A stretch of 64,000 bases of DNA from Ramazzottius varieornatus. Taxonomy: Eukaryota > Animalia > Tardigrada. Location of the stretch: NCBI GenBank assembly GCA_001949185.1, contig BDGG01000001.1, forward strand, positions 2,993,324 through 3,057,323, read 5' to 3'. The translations under genes and the position numbers were made by a program. The notes under the pieces are model-generated. The model was not told the DNA's origin and made no database searches. It was given only the letters and a program-made list of their open reading frames with translations. Of this stretch, positions 12,691 through 23,717 are shown piece by piece (position 1 is the stretch's first letter; each line of letters opens with the position of its first letter).

Positions 12691-15600
12691 ATGGCTGTCG
12701 GGAGGGGCAGTCGTGGAAGTCGGGGATCACCAGTAGAAGGCCAGAAGAGTTTGCTCAAAGGAGACAACGGAGCCACCGACGATGAGAACGACGAAGCTTG
12801 GTGAGTTGTTTACCTTGGTTGTGAATGCTAATTACCGATTGCTCTTACTTCCGTTCGTCTTTAGGACTGTCTCCTACAACAAAGGCAATGAGAATGGAGT
12901 TGACAGGAAGCGTCAAATCACGAATGGTGCTTCTTCTCGATCCATTCAGGATAAAATCGAGGATCTGGAGGTGGACGATCATGGTTTCGGTAAGACTTGA
13001 ACGGGGTTGAATGACTGAGTCGGCCACCGTTGCAGTCGTGGGGTGTGCGATGGCGTCATACAGTAAATCTGTAGGGTGGCCGACTTGCCTGGTGGTGTTC
13101 GACTTGCTGCATAGTGGCTGATTGGCCCCTTTGCACCTCGTGAAATCCTCGGTACCTCATTAGGTTTGATGAGCGTTCCTTGTTTTCCGGGGTAACGGAG
13201 TGCATCATGTTTTCATTTTTCTGAGTAATGAAAAGGAAAGAGTAGTCAGCAGGGCGAGTCTGTTCCTTATCAGCAATCAATTTGATGACTTATCCACATT
13301 TTTTTCCCTCCTTCCTTCGGTCTCTTGGGGTTGTGTTGAGGAACGACATGAATTTGCTGTCTCTTTGTAGTCGATCAGACTCCCGTGGTGAAGCCCAACC
13401 GGAAGTTGTTCATACTGATCGTTGTTGGAGTAGCGCTTGGCGTCGGCGCCATCGTTTCTGTCGTCGTCTTTTACTTCCGTTCCAGCTACGTACCCAATAA
13501 TGTACGTATTACGCCTCACAAAGAACGAAAATCGGTTTACCGTACAACAGCCAAGAACTTTTTCTTTGCAGTACATTATCGTCGTGGATGCAGGATCGTC
13601 TCATACGAAACTAAATGGTAAAACGAGGAATCTGCTCAACAATTTTCCCACTATGTTTTTCTTTTCTACTGTCACCGGAACTGGAGTCGAAAGCTTGCGG
13701 TGAGTTTTGTGAAAGCTTTTTTATAGTAGTGTTTGCTTTGCAGTCTTTCATTACCGCGGGGATAAAGTTAACGGGACGGGGAAGATTGAGCAGTTGGACT
13801 TTATGGAATGCAATGGTAAGTTACGTGGGCGATGCTGCACCTTTCTGCCGAGCTTTCGGCGTCGTAGAACTCTGATTAACGGCTTGGATAGTCGGCTGTG
13901 AAGGGCTTAAAAGGGGGAGGCCTGCGGCTGTGTCAGATAATCAGTCTTTGCCTCTAGCTATATCGATTAAGTTTACTTCTATTGATCTGCCCTCTAGGTA
14001 CTGTCATGTCGTTCATGTACGATTACGAAAGGATGCGCACAAGTTGGACGCCTTGCTTTCAATTTGCCAAAGAGAAAGTGCCCGAGGACCGATGGGATAA
14101 AACAGAAGTTTATTTCGGTGCCACTGCCGAACTTCGACAATTCCAGTAAGTACCAAAGATAGGCTTCGTCCGGACTCAAAGTGATATGATTTTCCCTCCA
14201 CTTCAGGACAACTCAGCCCGAGAAAGCCGAGCGTCTGTTAAACGACGTGCGGACTTTCCTCAACGAAACCTACGATCTTTCCCCAGATCGCACTCATGTT
14301 CTGATACTCGATGGATCGGAAGAAGGTGCCTTGGCCTGGGCCACCGTCAACTTCATCACGAAAAGCCTTCTGCCCGACAACATCACATCCAGTTCGGATC
14401 GAGCCCCACAGACGTACGGGTCGATAGACCTGGGTGGCTCCTCGACTCAGATCGCTTTCACTACGCAAGACCCCGCCGAGGCCAACTTCCACCTGACTTT
14501 CTTCGGAGCACAATACCAGCTCTTCAGCAAGAGCTTCCGGTGCCGGGGAAAAGGTAAGCAGGGTACCTAGAAGTAGCCGTTTTCCTGTCAAGACAATCTG
14601 TTAAAGTCAGTAGACAGAATTCGGAATATCTCAACAGCCTGCATACCCTTATGTGACGGTAAACTAAAGCGGGTGGCAGATGTAGGTACTTGAAACGTGA
14701 TTACAAGTTCAGTATTGATCTTTCAGGTATATTTTGAAATTTGTTTTCGGTCATATCTCTTTTTTCTGTGGTATAGGTGAAGCACATCGATTACTGAAGG
14801 CTCAGCTTGTAACCCAAAGCAAAAACAGCCAGTTTGTGATCCATCCGTGTTATCCGCGTGGCCTGGTGACCAATGAATCGCATACGGATATCTTCTCCGC
14901 GCAATGTACAGGGTATCTAGACAAGGAGAAGTTTGTGCACAGGCCGCGATACCAGCTTCAAGGAACCGGTGACGTGGATCAATGTCGGGCACATGTACGG
15001 AAGATCTTCGCGGATCCGACCGGCAAATGTCCTTTCCAGGACGAAGACTGCTCGTTTAACAGCCAACTGAAACCTATGAACATCTCGGGACCTTTCATGG
15101 CACGTGTCTTTGGTTGTTTCTCTGTTCACCGATTTGTGGTTGAAGTATCCTTTTTAGGGTTTTGCCGGTCTGTACTTCGTCATGGACTTTTTCAACTTGT
15201 CTAACGGCGAGGACAGGATGACCAGCAACTTGACGAACTTCCGGGAAGTTTATCGACGACACTGCAATCAGCCCTGGTCCAATGTGAGTACCTTATCTTC
15301 GAGCACGCGATACGTAGGAGTCTTTAACTAATAGTCCGAAGAGCTAACCGATGCCCATCTACTTATCAGCTTTCCAGCAGTACCAACCGCTTCATGAAGG
15401 GTTATTGCTTTGACGGTAATTACATTGACGTTCTACTCACGGAGGTTTACGGGTTCAGTGACGAAGAGTTCGGGAAGATTGAATTCCGAAAATCCGTAAG
15501 TATGGAGTACTTTTGTTCTTAGGGCACTTGATTTCAAAGTGAAGCCTTTCGTAGGTGAATGGAGTGAGTACAGGATGGGCAGTCGGGTTAGCGCTAAACA

Positions 15601-15752
15601 GTACCAACGCGGTGGTAGCTGAGCTCGAAATCGAGCCCTTCAGTCGGGCGTTCTTCTTGGCGTTTCTAGTCATATTCGCGGTGTTCCTTCTACTGGCGGT
15701 CAGCTTCCTCTGCAGAGGCGTGCGTCGGTCTTTCCGCGACAGCAGTATTTAG
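12691..15752 (+). CDS. Ectonucleoside triphosphate diphosphohydrolase (CD39/GDA1 family, two TM helices), multi-exon
   Basis: N-terminal TM, apyrase conserved regions YIIVVDAGSSHT, FGATAELR, ILDGSEEGALAWATVNF, GSIDLGGSSTQIAF, GWAVG, and a C-terminal TM. Confidence 0.93.
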
Positions 15753-16071
15753 GAGGATCTGCCAAAGTCGAACACCGCGAAACAGTTCTTGTTTTATTTC
15801 TGGACGAATGGTTAATCGCTTCCAGTGGTTTGCTGATGATGATCGATTTTACAATGACTTGCTGAAAGCTTTTAGAGTTCAGCACCCGAACGTTTTTCCA
15901 ATGTTGAATCTCTTCGGGTGATAATTTAACTTCTCATTTTATTTTTCTTTTACAGTTATTTCATTCATGTTTTATCGAAATACTCATGCATTTTGTTTCG
16001 TGTTCGTTGATTCTTTACTGATGTTTTAGTTTCCGCACATAGGTACTTGTTAAAATAAACTGTGATCGGTA

Positions 16072-16798
16072 CTAGACGAGGCAGTACAAGATCGAAACCA
16101 GAATAACGGAGAACAGGAAAAACGGAAGGCTTACTTGTGTGGTCAGAAAGCCACTACTAACAAAAAGTCCTGTTGGCGTGCTATCGGGGAAAATGGTTTC
16201 GGGAAGCTCTCTGGTTAACGATCCGGGAGCAGTACTAATGCTGGAGTCTTTGGCTGAGCTACGCAGTGTTGTGGAGGTATCCGGATTTGCTTCCGATTGG
16301 CGAGGAAACGGAAGATCCGGGGAACCAAAAAGGGCCGCGTGTGAGGTAGCATCACAGACATCGAAACAGAGGCATTTTTCCGGTTCGTCATTCACCGTAT
16401 AATTTTGAACACCGGCCACCTGGAGACTTGCGCCATTAATGAATAAACAAGGGTTGTATACAGCTTCGACGGGTTGGCAATTCCGGCGAAGGCTCACAAA
16501 ATCTACGGATAACCAGGAGATAAATTCATGACCATGTCTGGGATAGCACTAGTCCGCACAACACGAAAGGGCACTCCATGCTGCTATTCTGACCTGGAGT
16601 GAAGCGCGAGAGGTGATCGACGCAGCGATATTCCGGAAGAGAGCAGTTTACAGCCGCTGTTTTTCGGTCAGTCCAACAATCAACATGCTGGTTGAAAGAG
16701 TCAAGCCGTAAGCATGTGTAACAAAGAGGCTGCGCAGTGACAGCCGCAGTTAGGACTGCAGCAGTCAAAAGAATGGGACAAGAGGTTTTCGAACCCAT
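16072..16798 (-). CDS. Cys-rich cell-surface protein (signal peptide, Ly6/quiver-like Cys pattern, S/T linker, C-terminal hydrophobic TM/GPI signal), 2 exons
   Basis: MGSKTSCPILLTAAVLTAAVTA-QPLCYTC...; a probable ~57-nt intron joins the two ORFs; ends in LPFFLFSVILVSILYCLV; TATA-like tatata at ~16837. Confidence 0.65.
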
Positions 16799-17296
16799 CT
16801 TTGGGTATCATTATTAAGCTAGACGGGCTTTCCGTACTATATACCGATAAGGGTCTAACTCCAGAATTATTAGTAGAGGCGAGGGCAATTAATCAGCACG
16901 GAAGTCAGATATTACGGCGGGAAATATGAGCCGGATGCTCACTGTATGTCTCAAGACTACAGACGTGACAATTTTGATTTCACAACCAGTAACACACGTG
17001 GTCAGACCCGGAAGTACAGACGCGAAGACTGGGCGTTACCGTCAGGACTTAATGCAGTGGGTGCTGCCTCGTGAGCATTTGCCTGCGGAGGTCAGCTAAA
17101 AGAATGATCTGGATTGTATGTCGTAAGTTTTTGCGGGAATCGGCACCATCGAGGACGAGTATCGTTTTTATATCAAGCAGGAATATATTCGGAAAGCCAG
17201 CCACGAGTTTTTTACTAGTGAAGTCGAGAGGTTCGTTCAAACAGCCCGATCTAGATGAATCGCTTCCAAGCTACAGTATTCAGTCTTTTCAGCCCA

Positions 17297-20200
17297 TTAA
17301 GGAGGTGGCGGAGGAGGTGGAGTCTCCGTGGTGCTACGTCGTGTGGTCGTACGCGGCGTGGTGGTACGTTTCTTCGCGTCCTCTTCCAGTTTCTTGATCA
17401 TCTCATCCAACGAAGCTTGCATGCTCAGATACGCCGCACTGTGAGTGGGCTTGGAACCTGGCTGCAGCGTTGCTCCCACTGGACGTTTGGTACGGCTGGT
17501 CATGGCACCAAGTTGCACTATCATGTTATGTAAAGCAGCCTGTAGCTGCTGAAAGGACTTGGTCGTGGCGGTACCACTCGACGAAGTACCGTTCGCTGAG
17601 GTACCATTTCCTCCTGCCCCTGGTAACTGAATACCCGACAGAATTTCATGTAGGTTAGACTCTATTTGCTGAAGACTTAGCTTGGTCGTGCTGAGGAAGG
17701 CAGGTCGGTGACTGGTGGTACGGCCAAACGTCGACCCGTAGCGCGTTGTTGACCTCGGATGCCAAGAAGTGGACGGCTGGAGTCTCGTTGTAGAATGCAG
17801 CGTTGAAACCAAAGAGGTATTACTGCTTGTCAAAAAGTGCGGGGTCGTGGATTCTTCCGTCGAACCGGAAGTAGGTGGACTTGCTGTCTCTATGGTGGTT
17901 CCACTTGTTGACGAAGGAATCAAAGTGGAAGTCATTGCGGGCGTAGTGCTTGTGGTAGATGTGGTCGGAGGCAAAGACGATGGTGCGCTGCTGATGGTAG
18001 CCTGCGAGGTAACTGGAGTGGCAGCCATGGTGGACGTTGGGTCTGTAGCGGATGTTGAGCTAGTCGACATCGTTGGCGAGGAAGTTGGGGACGCACTAGT
18101 TGTACTCGATTCAGCGGTTGATGGGAGAATCGTGGTGAGTACTGTGGTTAGGGTTCGTGGGGTAATGGTTGTCGTGCTGGTGGAAGTGACGACCGTACTT
18201 GGTGGTAAGGTGGTACTCACGCTGACTGGCAATGGAGCCCTTGTCTCGGTGGTTTGTTCAATGGTGGTGGACGTGGTGGCGGGTGTGGTGGTCGTCGGCA
18301 GAGTTGACGGTAAAGTGGTACTGGCCGTTGTCGGCAGTGCTGTGGATGTGGCTTCGGTTGACGGCGTGACGGTGGAAGAGCTAGCAGTACTGACGACCGG
18401 AGATGTTTGTTGCGTCGTAGCGCTCGTGCTGGGAGAAGTGCTGGTGAAGCTTGGGGAAGTGGATGTTGACTGGGTCGTCATCGTCGTCGTTGGCGGCAGA
18501 GTAGTGGCGGCTTCTGATGGGGGTGTATCTAGGGTTGAAGATTCGGTGACCACAGCTTCTGTTGTAAGCGATGTAGACAAACTTCCGTAACTACTCAGTG
18601 CGTCAGGTGCGCTGGGAGTAACTGTAGATGTATCCGCGAAAGCAGAAGTTGAGGGCGGAGATGAGGCTGCAGGAGTCTCGGAGGTAGCCAGCGAGCTGGA
18701 AAATGGAGTCTGCGTTGTGGGGATCTCACTGTTAACGCTCGAATCACTCATCGACCCGACAGTCGGCGGTAAGGAGGTCGTTGAGGGGATCAACAAAGAG
18801 GTCCCGGAAGTGGCGGGCGGCGCGTCCGTTGGTGACGCCGTCAAAGGAACGGAAGACTGTGGCATCGAGGTGATGTCAGTCATGAGGGTCGATGTAGGCG
18901 GAGAATCACCCGGAAGGTCACTTGTAAAAGGTGCTTCGGTGAAGTCATCAAACAGGATGGCGGGCGGTGGAGAACCGGGTGCTGTTTGTCCCGAGTTAGG
19001 TGGAAGAGAAGCTTCTGGTTGATTCGTTGTGGGTACCGGTAGAGCAGTTGGCCCATCGTTAGGGTTAAGATCATCATAATCGTCAGCCGGAACTGTCGTT
19101 TCGAATGCGACAGTAACACTTCCATCATGTCTACCGGCCTGTTCTGGAGGGGGTGGAATTATTGTGGACTCGGTTGACTGTTCCTCTGGGAAAGGATCCA
19201 GCACACCCCCCTTGCTGCAGTTTGCGTTAGCTGGGCACGGTGTCGTTGAAGAGGAACCGCTTTGTGACGAAATTGCCGCTGAGGCTGTGGTGCTCACGGC
19301 GCTGGTAGAGCTCGAGTCTGTCGAACCTGGTACAGTGGCGCCACTCGGCGAACCACCTGTGCTGCCTATAAGACAGGCAACAGGCACTTACAATCACAGC
19401 CGCAGAAATCCCAGCAGAGTTCTTTATGGAAAAAAGCGATTATGTTGGCAAATAAAGGGTCAATTCCCAGTAATATTAGCGGCAGTTTATTGCAATACAA
19501 GTGGCAAAAATCAACAGTACAATATACGTTATGTACCAGTAGTGCTCGCAGTACTTCCGCCAGTTGGAGTGGAGTCAGTGGAGGACGGCGTGCTCCCCCT
19601 CGAAGACGAAGTGTTTGCTCCATCGTTTACCTTAGCTTGCAAAATATTGATGAGGTTTTGAACCTGCTGGGTCAGCAAAGCATAGTTTGGTTTGTCCGGT
19701 GAGCCACTAGACGGTTTGCCGCTCGACGTGGAACCGCTTCCCGTGGCTCCACTTGCCGGAGAAACCGTAGAGCCTGTAGGCGCGATGGTAGAGTCACCCT
19801 TGTTCAATTGTGCTTCCATCTGCTTGATCAGGGCTTGCAGGGTCTGGAAGACCTCGGTTTTGTTTGGTGGCTGATGGTTGTTCGTCTGGTTCAGACTACT
19901 CGCAAGGATGCTCTGTGTGGTGGAGGAGCCGCCGTCTGTGGTACACGTGACCGATGCCGTGCCCGTCAAAGATTCAGATTTCGAGCCTGTATCATTAGCA
20001 CCAGGGGGCACTTCTTGACGAAACTCCATGTCGAGGATCGTGAAGACTGTCGTCGAAGCTCCGATGGCTTCGTTGGGCAACTTCAGGCAGACATTCGCTC
20101 CACCGTCGGGAGTCGGGCTGACCGTAACTGGGATCATACCCGAGTCTCCTGATGTCAGCTGTGGGGGAAACTGCACGGGAGGTTTATTCAGTGCCGCTGC

Positions 20201-23023
20201 CTGCGGACAATCGACTGAAACGGAAATAACTCAGTAAATCGATCAGAAAATTTTCTTATGCAAATGCGATGTGGGAAGAACGAGAAGCTTACGCGGTGCG
20301 CACGTGCTGGCATCGCATTCATACGTGTTACAGATTTCCTTGCAGTCGTATTCACTTAGCCTGTCCAGTTTTGGAATCGAGGTGACAGCCGAGTTCTTTA
20401 TGACGAAAGCTGGACTCCCGGAAGTGGAGAAGTCGTTCAGGTCATTGTGTGTGATACTGCAGTAGTCGTAAGGGTACGTCGGCATGCTGACGTTATTGAC
20501 AGTGTACTTTTCGTACGCCACTTCCATTCCTGAAAAGATGAATACTCTGAAGCAGAATTCTGTCCTTACTCTCAGTGATGATGCGATCAGGATGGTACCT
20601 GGTAAGATATTCTCGTGAAGGACTTCGATGTAGTTGTCTCGATCGGGTCTCTGGTGCTCGTTGCGTCGACCAAGGACCAGAACAAAGTACTTCATGATGG
20701 TGCCGATATTGCCGTCGAAGCATCCTCCGGGACCGCTGGTCAAAATCAGCTTCTGCTCGGTGCTTCCGGTCGAGACCAGGTGTCTCGAAACACCGGGCAG
20801 CGAATGACAGCCACGTTTAGCATTTCTGTACAAAAAACGGTGCAGCGTTTATCGCACAAGCCATTGCCTGATTTTCTACCCTGATGCCATATTGGACTTA
20901 CGGACTGTCATCAACAGGAGCGATATGTATTTTATACGTCGGCACAGAGGGCGACACTTCCACGAACTGGACGCACCCGTTTAGATCAGCCGACACTTTC
21001 CTCACGGCTTGCTGAATCATGGCTTTCTGGCTGGCGGCTAGGAGAGAAAGAGCCTCACTGTAAAATGCAAGAACCAAGAAAGAAATTATCACTTACTGTA
21101 GCTCGGGTCAATAAAATACGGAACCGTATTTTGCGACCACTTCAGATAGTTCTGGTCACTGTTGATCACTCTTAAAGCTTTGCCGCGACCTTCTCGTTTC
21201 CGCCTTCTAACCGGAGGGGCTTTGGTGGTTGGAGAAGAACCTGAAGAGACCCCCCGCGGATTTTATTTCAGTAAGCGATTTATCGTCACGAAGCACGAGA
21301 GCATCTTACTCTGTGATTCGGGAAGTGGAGCCGCCGGAACAATGTTCGTCACAACAGTACATGTCGTAGTTTGCGATGACTGGGTCGTCATAGGCGAAGT
21401 CGCCCCCGGTCCTAACGTGGTCAGCGAACCAGGACTAGACCCGTTCATCGTTGCAGGAGGAACCGAGTAGCATAAAGTGGTCGCCATTGCCTCGTCGTCG
21501 CGGCCTGACGGTCCTTTGGTCGTCGATGTTGGTGGCACGGTGGACGGCTTTTTCACTTGGCTAGCGCAGTCCACTGTATTCACTCAGTACAGTATATTAA
21601 TCGAATGACATGACTTTTATTAGGGAGTCTTCTTACGGATTTCGCAGGTAGCTGGGTCGCATCCATACAGAGCTTTGAGCTGCTGACAGTCGCAGGTACT
21701 CAGTTGGTCCAACTTCGGGATAAAATAAGGTGCTTCCTTGACAGTGAAGACCTCTGTGCCGTTGACTGCCGCAAAGTCGGTGGGTTGGTTGTGGGTGATG
21801 CTGCAGTAGTCGTATGGACAAGTGATGTGGACCTCGGCTGCCGGGTAGGTCTGGTAGGCGACTTGAAGTTCTGCAACCAAACAAAAAGAAGTCGGTAAGT
21901 TTCAGAATTTAAACTTTGGTTGAGATGATGATCATTAATATGGGAAGGAAGAAGGATCGTGTTCATGTTGACCACTGCATTGCCGCCGTTTTTCTACGTT
22001 ACGTTCGTGGTGTTCGTTCTACCACAATGAAGGAGGAACTCCAACGCCTTGAGGTGCTGGCCAAACCTAACTCAGTCCAGTATCATACTTACGCGGGTCG
22101 ATTTTGTCGTTGCTGATTTGTAGATACCCGTCACGGTCAGGTCGCTGATGCTCGTTCCGCAGTCCCATCGACACCGCAAAGTATCTGTAACCATTCAAGC
22201 TCCTTCACCCGCTTATTCTGAACCTCCAAAAACCATTCCCGATTCAACCAAAGACCCAAGGACTATGGGTACCTACTTCATCAGTGAATGCATGCTACCG
22301 TCGAAACACCCCTCTGTAACATCAAAAAGCAGTCGTTTCCAGTGTTCCGTGTGTAACGAGAAACGTACTTTACGTACGTGGTCCAGTTGTGAGGAGCAAT
22401 GATTGCTCGGTCTTCCCCTGCGCCATGTTAGCGAGATATGTCCCGGCAAATGTGTGACAAAGCTTGGAAAATGTTGCGCTAAAAGCAGACAGAGATTAAG
22501 GTTCTCGGCAAACTTGGAAGATGAAAGTTCTGCCGGTGTTGTACTTAAGTGTGCTGCTGGTGTCTGTGGGAGTGACTTTAAGTTTGTAGGCCGGAGACTC
22601 GGCAGCCACTTCCGTGAACCTGACACACATGTCCAGGTCCGACATGACTCTCAACATGGCCAGCCGAATTTGTCCTTCTTCCTCATCAGCTGAAAACACC
22701 AATACGGTGACTAATTAGTTAAGTCAGACCAGCATCAAATATTTTATTGCTATTCGCGGGATCTTACGCACTGTACGCGGGGTCGATGTAGTACGGTATT
22801 TCCTTTCCCGGCCATTTTCCAAGTTTTGGATTCAGGTTGATGGCTCGGTTGTGCTTTGAAACAATGATGCTGGATCTTGCTGCAAAATAATATTCCGTTA
22901 AAGTAGTTACCTGCAATACAAGTGGTGACCTTTATCCATCAAGAGTAAAAATCTAGTACCAGTTTGAGCGATCATGAGTAGAAGGAAAGCGAACAGCAGA
23001 AGTCCATTTCTCCAATCGCCCAT
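17297..23023 (-). CDS. Secreted protein with two tandem inactive astacin (M12A)-like domains followed by a long S/T/P mucin region
   Basis: Signal peptide MGDWRNGLLLFAFLLLMIAQ. Domain 1: KWPGKEIPYYIDP...GLRNEHQRPDRD...PYDYCSITH. Domain 2: KWSQNTVPYFIDP...GRRNEHQRPDRD...PYDYCSITH. The terminal exon of ~690 aa is S/T/P rich. Confidence 0.85.
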
Positions 23024-23717
23024 TTTCCACAACGTTGGATCGATCCGTAAAAAATGCGAGGGACAAATCGGAAAGAATGATTCGGTTCTTCCTAACCTTG
23101 GGTATGCTCAGGAAACTGCAACTGTTTCACATGACGACTTGTACGGGAAATTGAGTTCAAGGCCCATCACACGTCAGCCAAACGTTTCCTTCGAAAGCCT
23201 GTTTGGCAAACTTCACGCTCTAATGGTCTCTGGAGAGCTGGAAACCGTGATCATCACAGTGTTTTTACGGCTGCTCGGCAGAAATTCCGCTCCTAACGTC
23301 ACGGTAGACTGGACCGGCGAGAGGCTACTAATATCACAAGAGCTGACATTACCGAAAACCAGAGGTCGCAGGAACCAAGTACGGATAATTCTCCGTACTT
23401 GGTTCTCCCACACTCCTAAATTTCCACAACAAAACAATGTCATGTAACTTTATGGACAAGAAATAAAACGACCAAGTCCAACTGGCCAACGGATGATATA
23501 GGCCGCTCAGGACATCAAAAAGGGGTCTTGAATGCGTACTTACCTTCAAATTTCAACAACATGCTGCTTCGTGAAACGAAAAAGTACGAGAATGAATAAA
23601 TAAAGGGAAAGATTAGAATGGACTATAGTGAGTATGTACTGCATTGAAAAGAAGAATTAACAACAACAACAAGAACAAGAAACCAGTGGTACTCGCTGAT
23701 AGTTCAAACCTGTGGAA

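Noticed and set aside
16505-16560. In-frame TGA between two ORFs, suggesting selenocysteine or readthrough
   Set aside because: More simply explained by a 57-nt GT-AG intron; no SECIS recognised
17769-18590. 273-aa Val-rich + strand ORF
   Set aside because: Antisense shadow of the Thr/Ser-rich mucin exon
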